Below are positions 9,824 to 20,810 of a DNA stretch of 64,000 nt, piece by piece. The notes under the pieces are model-generated. The model was not told where the DNA came from, made no database searches, and saw nothing but the letters and a program-made list of their open reading frames with translations. The position numbers and the translations under genes were made by a program. Origin of the DNA: Nitrospirota bacterium (lineage in GTDB: Bacteria; Nitrospirota; UBA9217); the NCBI GenBank assembly GCA_963740085.1, contig CAVUCU010000005.1:453731-517730 (forward strand), given 5' to 3'. Position 1 is the first letter of the stretch. Each line of letters starts with the position of its first letter.

Positions 9824-11647
9824 ATGAGCCCTCGCATACGGACTGATATTTCCCCGGTTCACAATACACTCCGCACAGTCTTCGGTTTTGAGTCCTTCCG
9901 TCCGAATCAGGAGACGCTCATCAGCAACATCCTGGATCGACGAGACGTCTTCGCAGTCATGCCGACGGGCGGCGGAAAGTCCCTGTGCTATCAGCTCCCC
10001 GCGCTCTTGCTGGAGGGAACCGCGGTCGTTATCAGCCCCCTCATCTCTCTCATGAAGGACCAGGTGGATGCGGCGCGGGAAAATGGAATTGCGGCCGCGT
10101 TCATGAACAGCTCGCTTGACCAGCGGGAGATGGCGAATATCGAGCGCATGCTCAAGGCCGGTCAGGTCAAGCTCCTCTACATCGCGCCGGAACGCTTCGC
10201 CATGCCGCGGTTCATCGAGACGCTCAAGGGCATCCCTCTCTCGCTCTTCGCCATCGACGAGGCACACTGCATCTCCGAGTGGGGCCACGATTTCCGGCCC
10301 GACTACCTCGCCCTTTCCGCTGTTCCGGAAATCTTTCCCAACGTCCCCGTTGCCGCCTTCACTGCCACGGCGACCCCGAAGGTCCAGCAGGACATAATTC
10401 ACAAGATCGGGCTCAGGACACCCTATACCGTTCGCGCATCGTTCAACCGGCCCAACCTCTTTTACCAGGTCAAGCCCAAGGTCAGGATTGAACAACAGCT
10501 TTTGGACTTTTTGAGAAGCCACGCTGGTGAATCGGGGATCATCTACCGGACGACCCGGGACTCGGTCGAGGCAACAGCGGATTTCCTTGCCTCCCACGGC
10601 ATTAAGGCGCTCCCCTACCATGCCGGCCTGTCCGCCGAAGAACGCGAGAAGAACCAGGAGGCGTTCAACAGGGATGAGGTCCCGGTGATCGTGGCGACCG
10701 TTGCCTTCGGCATGGGCATCGACAAGTCGAATGTCCGGTTCGTGGTCCATGCTGATCTCCCGAGACATATCGAGGCCTATTACCAGGAAACGGGCCGCGC
10801 CGGGCGCGATAATGAACCGGCTCATTGCCTGCTCTATTTCAGCCGGGGCGACATCCCGAAGATACGATATTTCATCGACAAGATTCAAGACGAAACGGAA
10901 CGCGTGATCGCCGTGGAGAAGTTGAACCAGACGGTGCGGTTCGCCTCGCATAATGTATGCAGGAGAAAACAGCTCCTCTCTTTTTTCGGCGAGATGTATG
11001 CTGCGGATAATTGCGGAACCTGCGACATCTGCACCGGCTCGGTGAGCCGGACCGATATCTCAACCGATGCCCGGATACTTATGTCTGCCATGGCGAGGGT
11101 GAACGAGCGGTTCGGTATCGTCCACATCATCGACATCGTTATTGGCGCGGACACCAGGCGCATCAGGGAACTCCGGCATCACGAGCTTAAGACCTTCGGC
11201 GCAGGAAGGCTTCAGGACAAAAACCACTGGCGCAACATTGTGAACGAACTCCTTGCCCAGGAATTGATCAGACAGGACGGGGATCGTTACCCGGTCTTAA
11301 AGATCACGCCCAGGGGCTTGGAAGTACTCGCTGGAAAACAAGAGGTGTTCGGTCTCAAGCGGGAAGAGGCGAAAACAAAGGAGCGCCGCAGGAAAACAGA
11401 TGAAGGCGGCTGGTATGACGAGACCCTCTTTGATCGGCTGCGCGTGATCAGAAAAAAGATTGCCGGAGGGAACCAGGTGCCTCCCTACGTTATATTTTCG
11501 GACAAGACACTCCATGAGATGTGCAGGCAGTTCCCGAAGACTTCTTCTGAGATGCGGAGAATATCCGGCGTGGGAGAGGTGAAGCTTCAGCGGTATGGAG
11601 AGGACTTCCTGGAAGAAATACGGAGCTATGGCGGTAACGGCAGATGA
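9824..11647 (+). CDS. recQ: ATP-dependent DNA helicase RecQ
   Basis: FGFESFRPNQ, MPTGGGKSLCYQ, DEAHCISEWGHDFRP, QETGRAGRD, Zn-binding RQC and C-terminal HRDC. Confidence 0.97.
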   Translation: MSPRIRTDISPVHNTLRTVFGFESFRPNQETLISNILDRRDVFAVMPTGGGKSLCYQLPALLLEGTAVVISPLISLMKDQVDAARENGIAAAFMNSSLDQREMANIERMLKAGQVKLLYIAPERFAMPRFIETLKGIPLSLFAIDEAHCISEWGHDFRPDYLALSAVPEIFPNVPVAAFTATATPKVQQDIIHKIGLRTPYTVRASFNRPNLFYQVKPKVRIEQQLLDFLRSHAGESGIIYRTTRDSVEATADFLASHGIKALPYHAGLSAEEREKNQEAFNRDEVPVIVATVAFGMGIDKSNVRFVVHADLPRHIEAYYQETGRAGRDNEPAHCLLYFSRGDIPKIRYFIDKIQDETERVIAVEKLNQTVRFASHNVCRRKQLLSFFGEMYAADNCGTCDICTGSVSRTDISTDARILMSAMARVNERFGIVHIIDIVIGADTRRIRELRHHELKTFGAGRLQDKNHWRNIVNELLAQELIRQDGDRYPVLKITPRGLEVLAGKQEVFGLKREEAKTKERRRKTDEGGWYDETLFDRLRVIRKKIAGGNQVPPYVIFSDKTLHEMCRQFPKTSSEMRRISGVGEVKLQRYGEDFLEEIRSYGGNGR

Positions 11648-12507
11648 CCTCCATCCTGCAATGTCCGGTCTGCCGAAATCTCCTGCTTCTCTCCGCAGAC
11701 GGCTACCAATGCCCCAAAAACCACACTTTTGATGCCGCCCGCCAGGGGTATGTCAATTTTCTGCTTGCGCACAAGAAACATTCAAAAGAGCCCGGAGACA
11801 GCCCGGAAATGATCCGGAGCCGTCGGAGGTTTCTGGACCTGGGGCATTACCACAGGGTATCCGATGGCATCAATGAAGCGGTGGCCGGCAATCTCCATGG
11901 CTCCGAACGCGAAGGCGCATTCAGCATTCTTGACGCCGGCTGCGGGGAGGGCTTTTATCTCAAACGCCTCAAGGAGTCCCTGGCGCACGGCCCCGGGAAG
12001 CCGGTCCCCGTCGACTACTACGGAGTCGACATTTCAAAATATGCGGTACGCATGGCCACTCAACGCGATAAGACAATGGACTGGTTTGTTGCCAGCATCA
12101 TTGATCTGCCGTTTGCGTCCGCATCACTTGATTGCGTTCTGAACGTCTTTTCGCCTGCGGACGTGGCCGAGTTCTCAAGGATTCTCAAGCAAACCGGCAA
12201 GCTCGTGATCGTAAGCCCCGGTCCCAGACACCTCAACGGGCTGAGAGAGATCATTTATCCAATTGCCAGAGAACATGCACAATCGACAATGACCGAACAG
12301 GCGAGGGGACTTTTCTCTCCGGTCACAGAAACGAGGATCAATTATCAGATCGAGCTGAAGAGCTCCGGGGAAATCATGGATCTGCTGGCAATGACCCCCT
12401 ATTTCTGGAACATCGACCTGAGCACCAAGTCCAGAGTGGAGGCGCTTGCCCGGCTGACGTTAGATGTTGATGTGGAGGTGCGGGTGTTCGGGAAAACAGT
12501 GAAATAA
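11644..12507 (+). CDS. rlmA: RlmA-like 23S rRNA m1G methyltransferase
   Basis: Zn finger CPVC..CPKNHTFD..GYVN, GDSPEMIRSRRRFL, SAM motif LDAGCGEG, MTPYFW. Confidence 0.85.
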   Translation: MTSILQCPVCRNLLLLSADGYQCPKNHTFDAARQGYVNFLLAHKKHSKEPGDSPEMIRSRRRFLDLGHYHRVSDGINEAVAGNLHGSEREGAFSILDAGCGEGFYLKRLKESLAHGPGKPVPVDYYGVDISKYAVRMATQRDKTMDWFVASIIDLPFASASLDCVLNVFSPADVAEFSRILKQTGKLVIVSPGPRHLNGLREIIYPIAREHAQSTMTEQARGLFSPVTETRINYQIELKSSGEIMDLLAMTPYFWNIDLSTKSRVEALARLTLDVDVEVRVFGKTVK

Positions 12508-12607
12508 AATGGCGCGGACCTGCTGTTTTCTTCTGTCCTCGTTGACAGCGCCGAGAGGATCGTCAAGAGCAGGAAAAAATCCGCCTCACCGGTATTCCTG
12601 AAATACT

Positions 12608-12639
12608 CCAGGTCCGCTCGTTTCAGGAGCGGGCCTGGT
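12608..12639. terminator. Hairpin between convergent rlmA and hup
   Basis: CCAGGTCCGCTC-N7-GAGCGGGCCTGG stem; no strong U tract. Confidence 0.4.
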
Positions 12640-12660
12640 TATGTGAGGGGTTGATGGCTG

Positions 12661-12942
12661 TTAACCGAGGATGGCATCTTTGGCGGCTTTTGCAACCCGG
12701 AACTTGACGACCTTCTTTGCCTTTATCTTGATGGTTTCACCGGTTGCCGGGTTTCTGCCCATGCGTGCTTTGCGCTGGACAAGCACGAGCTTGCCGAGCC
12801 CGGGCAGGGTGAAGGTGTTCTTTGCTTCTTTATAGGCCACCTGTGCGATGAAATCCAATATCTCTCCGGCTGCTTTCTTGGTCAGTGATGCCTTTTCTGC
12901 GAGCTTCGATACCAACTGTGACTTCGTCATTGCCTTTGCCAT
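12661..12942 (-). CDS. hup: HU family DNA-binding protein
   Basis: MTKSQLV..LPGLGKL..RKARMGRNPATGETIKI..KFRVAK. Confidence 0.95.
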   Translation of the reverse strand: MAKAMTKSQLVSKLAEKASLTKKAAGEILDFIAQVAYKEAKNTFTLPGLGKLVLVQRKARMGRNPATGETIKIKAKKVVKFRVAKAAKDAILG

Positions 12943-13091
12943 GTCTTTCCCTCCTGTATAATAGAATAGTGCTGCATTGGTGAAACTATAGCCTATTAAG
13001 GGCGAATTGACAAGAGCTGTTTTTTTTTAATAGCGCGAACGGCGACCAAGCGACCGCGTGGCTTCGGCCTATGGTTGGAGTTTGCATCATG

Positions 13092-15296
13092 CTACAGCTC
13101 GTCCAGATCATTCATAGTCCCGTCCATATTCTTGCGCACCAGCACCTCGCGCGGTTTGGACCCGTCAGCAGCCCCGACAATTCCATCCTCCTGCATCATT
13201 TCGATCATGCGCGCGGCCCGGTTGTAACCCACGCGGAGCCTGCGCTGGATAAAGGAGGTGGAGGCCTGGCCGTTCAACTGGACCAGCTCCACGGCCCGCT
13301 GATAGAGTTCGTCCCGCTCACTTTCCTCGACCTCCGCGACCTGCGCCTCTACGATCTCTTTTGCCCGTTGCTGAAGCAACTCGTAGTTCGGCTTGCCCTG
13401 CTTCTTGACGAACTCCACCACACGCTTAATCTCCGCCTCGGATACGAAGCAGCCATGGGCCCGGATGATGTGGGACGAACCGGGCGGCTGGAAGAGCATG
13501 TCGCCCATGCCGAGCAGGTTCTCGGCGCCGTTTGCGTCGAGGATGGTGCGAGAGTCGGTTTTGGATGAAACCTGAAAGGATATCCTTGCCGGCAGGTTCG
13601 CCTTGATAAGTCCGGTGATCACGTCCACGCTCGGCCGCTGGGTCGCCACGATCAGGTGGATGCCCGCGGCCCGCGCCATCTGTGCGAGGCGCATGACGGA
13701 ATCCTCGACCTCGCGTGCCACCGTCATCATGAGGTCTGCCAGCTCATCGATGATCACGACAATGTAGGGGAGACGCTCTGCCTCGGGGACGGCCTTGTTA
13801 TAAGAATCGATATTCTTATTCCCCTTCTCGGAGAGTGTTCGGTACCGCCGGTCCATCTCGGCCACGATGGCCCGGAGCGTTTCAGCTGCTTTCTTGGACT
13901 GGGTGACGACCGGCGAAAGCAGGTGAGGGATCCCTTCGTACACCGAGAGCTCGAGCATCTTGGGGTCGATAAGGGCGAGTTTGACCTCGCTCGGCCGTGC
14001 ATTGTACAGGATCGCCAGAATGATCGAGTTGATCGCAACGCTTTTACCCGAGCCGGTTGCGCCTGCCACGAGCATGTGCGGCATTTTGTCGATGCTGCCG
14101 ATCACCGACGCGCCGAAGATGTCCTTGCCCAGGGGGATCTTGAGCTTCGATTTGTTCGACTGGTACTCCGGGGTCTCGAGGATCTGGCGGAAGTAGACCG
14201 TCTCTCGCGTGTTGTTCGGCACTTCGATGCCGACCGCCGCCTTGCCCGGAAGGGGCGCAACGATGCGCACGCTCCCGGCCTTCATGGCGAGCGCCAGGTC
14301 GTCCGACAGGTTCACGATCCTGCTGACCTTCACGCCCGGAGCCGGCTCAAACTCGAACATGGTTACTACGGGACCGGGATAGACCTGCGTGATGCGTCCC
14401 TGGATGTCGAAATCCTGAAGCTTATGCTGCAGCAGCTCGGACTGGGCGAGCATGTCTTCTTTCGAGACCTTCTTCGCGATCGCAGGGACGGGATCGAGCA
14501 GGTCCGGCGACGGGAGCTGGTACGTGTCCCTGCCCTCTTTGCTTCCCATGAATTCAAAGCTTGCCTGAACGGCCTTGGGCGGCTTGTCCGATTTTACGAC
14601 GCGTGGCGGGGACTGCGGCTCGGCCTGCTTCTGGATGTCCATGATCTTCGGCGGTTCCTTGGGCGTCGCCGGCCGCTTTTTTGCCTCACGCGCCTTTTCT
14701 TTGCGGCCGCGGTACACGGTTATCAGAATATCGAGCTGCTCCATCATCCGTCCGTTCAGGGCGCGCAGCCATGCGAGCGCCTTGAGCGGAGAAAAGGGCG
14801 TGAGCAGCATGAGGGCGCTGATCATGGCTGTAAGCGTAATGATATAGGCGCCGATGCCGGAAAATCCGGAAACAAGTAAGCGCGCGATGAAACCGCCAAG
14901 CATACCCCCTGAGGGTACAGTCTCCCCGAACAGCCGTGTCGTTTCGCTTCCGAGTCCAAAGAATGCCCCTGCGGAGACAAAGAATATGATGCCGCCGATT
15001 TTCTTGAGAAGCGGGTGCGTCGCTTCCCCTCCGATAGTGAAGTACACGGCATACCCGAACATGAGAAGCGGGATCACATACGCGGAGAGGCCGAAAAGAT
15101 GGAGCAGCGCGTCGGAGAGATAGGAACCGATGATCCCGATGGTGTTCCTGGTCCCCGCGCCCGTGCCGGAGACGCTGAAGCAGGGGTCGCTCGCGTTGTA
15201 CGAGATCAGGCTGAGCGTGATCAGCAGGCCGATGGCGAAGAGCAGCAAACCGATCATCTCGTTCCAATGCTTATGCTTCGCTGCAGTGACGACCAT
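13092..15296 (-). CDS. ftsK: DNA translocase FtsK
   Basis: N-terminal TM helices, PHMLVAGATGSGKS, IDELADLM, ATQRPSVDVITG, gamma domain LRVGYNRAARMIE. Confidence 0.97.
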   Translation of the reverse strand: MVVTAAKHKHWNEMIGLLLFAIGLLITLSLISYNASDPCFSVSGTGAGTRNTIGIIGSYLSDALLHLFGLSAYVIPLLMFGYAVYFTIGGEATHPLLKKIGGIIFFVSAGAFFGLGSETTRLFGETVPSGGMLGGFIARLLVSGFSGIGAYIITLTAMISALMLLTPFSPLKALAWLRALNGRMMEQLDILITVYRGRKEKAREAKKRPATPKEPPKIMDIQKQAEPQSPPRVVKSDKPPKAVQASFEFMGSKEGRDTYQLPSPDLLDPVPAIAKKVSKEDMLAQSELLQHKLQDFDIQGRITQVYPGPVVTMFEFEPAPGVKVSRIVNLSDDLALAMKAGSVRIVAPLPGKAAVGIEVPNNTRETVYFRQILETPEYQSNKSKLKIPLGKDIFGASVIGSIDKMPHMLVAGATGSGKSVAINSIILAILYNARPSEVKLALIDPKMLELSVYEGIPHLLSPVVTQSKKAAETLRAIVAEMDRRYRTLSEKGNKNIDSYNKAVPEAERLPYIVVIIDELADLMMTVAREVEDSVMRLAQMARAAGIHLIVATQRPSVDVITGLIKANLPARISFQVSSKTDSRTILDANGAENLLGMGDMLFQPPGSSHIIRAHGCFVSEAEIKRVVEFVKKQGKPNYELLQQRAKEIVEAQVAEVEESERDELYQRAVELVQLNGQASTSFIQRRLRVGYNRAARMIEMMQEDGIVGAADGSKPREVLVRKNMDGTMNDLDEL

Positions 15297-15374
15297 AGAC
15301 TCCTTTGTGTATGATTGATCAACTATTTGTTGGTGTTCAGATCGCCTAAACGGACCAACCTGATTTTAATCGCC

Positions 15375-16181
15375 TTACCGCGCCAGCCACAGCGCCACGA
15401 TTACCGCAGCCAATGCCAGCCGATACCATACAAAGAGATTCAGTGAATGCCGGTTCAGATACTGGAGCAGGAATTTTATGCACAGATAACCGACGATCGC
15501 CGAGAACAGCGTCCCCAGCGCGAAGGGCAGCGCTTCGCCTGCAGCAAGGCGAAGCTTGTGAAGTTTCAGAATAGCCGCTCCTGCAATGACCGGTGTCGAC
15601 AGGAGAAAGGAGAACCGTGCCGCATCTTCCCGCCTGTAGCCGCTCAAAAGCCCGGCAGAGATCGTGATACCCGAGCGCGACACACCCGGGACCAGGGCAA
15701 GGGCCTGGGCGAATCCGATGAAGATTGCATGGCCAAGCGACATGTGCCCGAGACCCGCGGTCTTTGCAGAATATCGGTCCGCTGCCCACATCACGAAACC
15801 GATAACCGCAAGCGCCCCGGCGATCAGGAGAGGGTTCCGAAAGCTCTCTTCCACCATGTGTTCGTATTTAAGGCCCAGGATGCCCGCAGGGATCGTCGCC
15901 AGTGCAATGAACCACACAAGCCTGCCTTCGTTGGTTTTCCACGTGCCGTCCTTGATGCCGGTGAAGAATTTCCCGAACAGATCAAACCAGTCCCGCCAGA
16001 AGAACGCCAGGATCGCGACCAGCGTCCCGGCGTGCAACGCCACGTCGAAATTCAGGCTGTCGATCAACGTGCCTTGCCAACCGAACATCCAGGGGAGCAG
16101 GATCAGGTGGGCCGAGGAGCTGATCGGGAGAAACTCAGTGATCCCCTGGACAATGCCGAGAATGATCGCTTCAAAAATCAC
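15375..16181 (-). CDS. uppP: Undecaprenyl-diphosphate phosphatase
   Basis: GIVQGITEFLPISSSAH and PGVSRSGITIS motifs. Confidence 0.96.
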   Translation of the reverse strand: MIFEAIILGIVQGITEFLPISSSAHLILLPWMFGWQGTLIDSLNFDVALHAGTLVAILAFFWRDWFDLFGKFFTGIKDGTWKTNEGRLVWFIALATIPAGILGLKYEHMVEESFRNPLLIAGALAVIGFVMWAADRYSAKTAGLGHMSLGHAIFIGFAQALALVPGVSRSGITISAGLLSGYRREDAARFSFLLSTPVIAGAAILKLHKLRLAAGEALPFALGTLFSAIVGYLCIKFLLQYLNRHSLNLFVWYRLALAAVIVALWLAR

Positions 16182-17018
16182 TTTTCACCTCTTCAACTGA
16201 ATGATATGGCTTCTTACTATAATCAATGCCGCATCATCTCGGTCCTTGCTGCTCAAGACGATGCCATTATTTCACAAAGCCGTCAGGATTTCAAGATGTT
16301 TTGATTTTGCGAAAAAAAGAGAGCATGCGGGCCGACAGCACCTTCTCCCCTGTGGCTCACGTCGGAGGGTGCTTCAACTCATCTTTTCGATCGAACGGCT
16401 CGACTGAGCTTGTCGAATGCTTACTGCGAAGCACGACCCTTCCTTCTCGGGATGCAATTAAACGGGGAACCCTGAGCAATTTTACGGCACCGCTTCTCCC
16501 TTTCCTAAAAATGATTGATCTATCCGAGTTCCTCGTTCTTCACGCATCAAGCGTCACTTCGACACATAATATTGTTTTATGCTTTGCTTATTGGTCGGAA
16601 TAAACATAAATTAAGAACTTCGCATAATACTAAAGCTTTAATTAATGTGTCCAGATCCTTTTTTAAAAAAAAACTTCGATAGAATTCATTTATCCCTTTA
16701 CAATAAAAGTTACTTAGACTAAAATTATCACAAATAAATTGGTTTCATTTTTGGTTTTTCTCATCTCGCATCCCGCCGAATTTGCTGTCTCGCATTTGAA
16801 AGGTGGTGATCTGTATACCCGTCAAACTTCTTCAGAAGTGCCGTTGTGCAAATCAGAATCGCTACATGCGCTCACAACTTTGCACTTTACTCTTGTACAT
16901 GCCTTATTCGTGATCAAAATCGTCATGTATGTTCATCTGGACACACGGCTGACCAATTTTCTCAACCCCGCTAGTCTCATTAAAGAAATAATACTGAAAT
17001 TTAAAAAAGGAGAATATC

Positions 17019-18071
17019 ATGCAAGACTCATTAATGTACCAGGGTGAGGCAATTAAGAAGCATGCTGGACTAATTCAGGAAAGACCGAGGACGTACGTCG
17101 AAGCGCTTGACGCCAAGATCGAGCGCTATATGGCAAGTCTCAGAGATTTTGAAGTGCGGTGTTCAATGCCGGACGCGAACAAGGAAACGCTTCTCGATGA
17201 AATAGCCGTACTGACCGACTCGATGCTTCAGGCTTGTGCGCAGTTTGAACAAGACGTGAACGATCCACTGCCCGTCAAGCAAGCTCAGGTCTACTTCCGC
17301 GAAAAAACACATCCTATTCTGTCCAAAAGCTATTTCGTCAATCGCGCCAGAACTTGGCCGCAGGGTCATCAGGGTGATTTCATGATGTTGGAACAGATTT
17401 ACAAAAACTTTCCGATGTCGGAAGGCGTTGGATCGTATCTGGACAAATATGTACTTTCCACTCCTCTCAGCATTGGCGTGCAGGAACGAATAGTAAAGAT
17501 GCGAGACTTGTTAAAAGAAGAACTGATCAACCGAAGCAATCTGAAAGTACTGGATGTTGCCTCCGGTTCCTGCCGGGAGGTTTTCGAATTGGCGCCGGAG
17601 ATCAAGGCATCGGGAGCCAAATTCACTTGTGTTGATCTGGATTCTGCTGCGCTGGATTTCGCCCTTGATCGTTTTGCTTATGCCGGGCTCACTGAAAAGC
17701 ATACAGAATTGGTCCAATACAATGCTCTCAGAATGTTCGACCTTGAGACGGCGAAGACGGAATTCGGTATGCAAGACATTATCTACAGCATCGGATTTTT
17801 CGACTATCTCCCCGATGATTTCCTCGTGAAGTTACTGAGCTCTTTCTATCTGATGCTGAATCCCGGAGGAAAACTGATTGCATCCTTTAAAGACGCAGAA
17901 CGTTATCCTTCGCAACATTGCCACTGGTTTGTTGATTGGGATGGGTTCCTGCAGCGCACCGAGAAAGACTTCTTGAAAGTGTTCCAGGACGCCAATATCC
18001 CAGACAGCGCAATTTCAATGTCCCGGGTCGATTCAGGATCCATAGTTTTCTATTCGATCACGAAGCGGTAA
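17019..18071 (+). CDS. Class I SAM-dependent methyltransferase, PhcB-like
   Basis: SAM motif VLDVASGSCRE, DIIYSIGFFDYL, LNPGGKL; RARTWPQGHQGDFMMLEQIY resembles the P-x-G-Y-x-G-D segment I recall in PhcB-type enzymes; AAAGGAG RBS. Confidence 0.75.
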   Translation: MQDSLMYQGEAIKKHAGLIQERPRTYVEALDAKIERYMASLRDFEVRCSMPDANKETLLDEIAVLTDSMLQACAQFEQDVNDPLPVKQAQVYFREKTHPILSKSYFVNRARTWPQGHQGDFMMLEQIYKNFPMSEGVGSYLDKYVLSTPLSIGVQERIVKMRDLLKEELINRSNLKVLDVASGSCREVFELAPEIKASGAKFTCVDLDSAALDFALDRFAYAGLTEKHTELVQYNALRMFDLETAKTEFGMQDIIYSIGFFDYLPDDFLVKLLSSFYLMLNPGGKLIASFKDAERYPSQHCHWFVDWDGFLQRTEKDFLKVFQDANIPDSAISMSRVDSGSIVFYSITKR

Positions 18072-18297
18072 TAAATACCGTACGGAACATATCCATAATA
18101 ATACATTTATCTTAATGGGATGATTACTGAAGGGAGTCGGGAAAAAACAGTAAAGGGTTTCTTCTTTCTTCTCTCAGGGGTTTAGCCTTGTAAAGGAATC
18201 GGGAAAGTGCTATAAATAGACTTCCGAATAAGGATATAACGGTTGTGCCCTTCAAGGCTGAAGACAACAAAACGGTCCCCTCAAGCGGGAGAAGAGC

Positions 18298-19050
18298 CTG
18301 AATAAGAATTCACTTTCCAATAAGATCGCGATTGTAACGGGAGGAACAAGGGGAATCGGCCGCGCCATCGTGCTCGCTGTTTGTCAAGAAGGTGCGGATT
18401 GCGCGTTCACGTATTCCAGCAATCGCGATGCAGCAGAATCACTTTCCGATGAAGTGCAACGTTTTGGCAGAAGAGCGTTGCCCGTTCAACTTGACGTGAG
18501 GGATTTTGAAGGAGCTAAAACGCTCGTCGATACAGTAAAAGCGGAATTCGGGCAACTCGATATTCTTGTTAACAATGCAGGAATTACAAGGGACAGGTCT
18601 CTCATGATGATGGGTCAGGAGGACTGGTCCGATGTCATAGATACAAACCTTACCGGTGTTTTCAATACTACCCGCGCGTGCATCATCTCGTTTCTGAAGC
18701 AAAAAAGTGGGAACATCGTAAGTATTTCGTCAGTAAGCGGAATTCACCCTCTCGCTGGCCAGGTCAATTACGCAGCGGCAAAGGCCGGTGTGATCGGTTT
18801 TACCAAATCGCTGGCCAAGGAAGTAGCGCCCTATAATATCAGGGTAAATGCGGTTGCTCCGGGGTTCATCAGTACCGAGATGACCGCGGAACTCAGCGAA
18901 AAAGCCAGAGATAAATTTTTAAAGATGATACCTCTCCAGAGATTCGGCACCCCCGATGAAGTGGCGAAGGTCGTACTATTTTTGCTCAGTGACGTTTCGC
19001 AATACATCACGGGACAGACAATACAGCTTGATGGCGGCTTGGGGATATAG
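18298..19050 (+). CDS. fabG: 3-oxoacyl-ACP reductase FabG
   Basis: Rossmann motif IVTGGTRGIG lies upstream of the listed start; NNAGITRD, YAAAK, VNAVAPG. Candidate start is CTG 18298. Confidence 0.9.
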   Translation: MNKNSLSNKIAIVTGGTRGIGRAIVLAVCQEGADCAFTYSSNRDAAESLSDEVQRFGRRALPVQLDVRDFEGAKTLVDTVKAEFGQLDILVNNAGITRDRSLMMMGQEDWSDVIDTNLTGVFNTTRACIISFLKQKSGNIVSISSVSGIHPLAGQVNYAAAKAGVIGFTKSLAKEVAPYNIRVNAVAPGFISTEMTAELSEKARDKFLKMIPLQRFGTPDEVAKVVLFLLSDVSQYITGQTIQLDGGLGI

Positions 19051-19058
19051 ATCACGCT

Positions 19059-20297
19059 ATGAGAGAAGGAATTGTAATTACGGGCATCGGTGTTCTCTCA
19101 CCTATCGGCATTGGCAGAGAGGCATACTGGGAAGGATTATTTGAGGGGAAAACGGGGTTTCGACCGGTAACCCTTTTTGATACGTCTCCGTTTCATGTCC
19201 ATGTTGCGGGAGAGATCGCGGATTTTGATGCCCTTTCGTTCCTAGGCAAAAAAGGGCTTCGGGATCTTGACAGAAGCACAAGGCTGATCTGTTCGGCAGC
19301 TAAACTCGCTATCGAAGACTGCAAGATTGAGATAACCGAGGATAATACCCACTCGATGGGGGTCTCCATCGGCACGACATTCGGGAGTCTCCATAGCATT
19401 TCACAATTTGACCGATCAGGCCTCATTGATGGACCGAAGTTCGTCAATCCCTCGCACTTTCCGAATACGGTCATCAATTCGCCGGCTAGCCAAGTATCAA
19501 TAAAATTCAAGATCAAAGGCTTCAACACTACTATATCTACAGGCTTCTGCGCCAGTCTCGATGCTGTCTCCTATGCCGCTGATTTCATCCGATTGAACCG
19601 GGCAGATATAGTGTTAGCGGGCGGAGTGGAAGAATTATGCGAAGAGACTTTTATGGGTTTTCATAACCTGGGATGCTTATCCGGGACGGACGGCTCGGAA
19701 CCCCGTTGCTGCCCCTTTGACGCGCGGAGGAACGGTACTATTCTCTCGGAAGGTGCAGCGGTACTAGTCCTTGAAGATGAAGAGCACGCATTGAACAGAA
19801 ATGCTGCGATTCTTGCGCATGTTCTCGGATACGCCAATGCCTTTGATCCCATGGCTGATGGTAACTTTCATCATGCAGGTCAGGGATTGAAAAATGCCAT
19901 CGTGCTTGCATTGCAGGATGCTGCGCTCAACCGCGAGGACATTGACTATGTCTGCGCCTGCGCCAATTCATCAAAAGAGCTCGACCGGATGGAAACGAAT
20001 GTAATCAAGGATGTTTTCGGGACACGCGCACTTTCCATGCCTGTCAGCGCGATAAAATCCATGGTAGGAGAATCATTTTCCGCGTCGGCGCCCTATCCCT
20101 GACCGCAGCGGTGGGAGCGCTCAGGAAGGGCTTTATCCCGGGCACGGTAAATTACCATGAAAAAGACCCGTGTGCGATCTTGACTATGTCCCCAATATTG
20201 CACGACAGGAGCAGATACAGAGCGTGCTCGTAACGTCGGCAGATCCCTTGAAAACACAGCTATTGTGCTGGGAAGATGGGTAACGTTTAATTCATAA
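19059..20297 (+). CDS. Ketosynthase-like protein lacking catalytic residues (chain-length-factor-like), frameshifted near the 3' end
   Basis: VITGIGVLSPIG N-terminus; catalytic Cys/His/His positions read STGFCAS, YVCACANS, KSMVGES; frames shift near 20090, 20170 and 20250. Confidence 0.75.
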
Positions 20298-20367
20298 GCG
20301 CGATATAAGGCACATATATCTACTCCCTGCTCTTTGCCTCATGCTATATGCAGAAATCCGGTGACCA

Positions 20368-20810
20368 ATGCAACTTAACTTTGAAGAGATAAAGAAACTT
20401 ATTCCTCAGCGATTCCCCTTTATCATGCTCGATAAAGTGATGGAATCGGAACCGGGTAAACGCGTGGTCGCTGTAAAGAATGTGTCCGGGAAATGACATG
20501 ATTTTTCTCGGCCATTTTCCCGAAAAGGCGATTATGCCCGGTGCGCTCATTATCGAGGCAATGGCGCAGGCATCCATCATTCTCTTCGCTACAAGCGAAA
20601 AAAAGAGAGAGCTCCGGCAAAAAGCCCTTTTATTATTTCGGTTCGGTCAAAGCGCGATTCCTTCATCCTGCGGTACCGGGTGACCAATTAAGAATTAGTG
20701 TTGAGAACGTCAAAACCCTTCCGACCGGTGCATACATAACGGGAGAGGTTTTTGTCGAAAATAAGAAAGTGGCAGAAGCAGACCTGGTTTTCAGCGTGAA
20801 AAATGAATAA
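20368..20810 (+). CDS. fabZ: 3-hydroxyacyl-ACP dehydratase FabZ (two frameshifts)
   Basis: Manual join: [30 protein letters not shown] / [22 protein letters not shown] / [13 protein letters not shown]; shifts near 20490 and 20605. Confidence 0.85.

Noticed and set aside
16312-16480. ykkC-type or c-di-AMP riboswitch (AGGGTTCC / CGGGGAACC words)
   Set aside because: The other conserved elements of these families are missing.
16739-17047. 102-aa ORF upstream of the methyltransferase
   Set aside because: TTG start without RBS and no motif; more likely promoter region.
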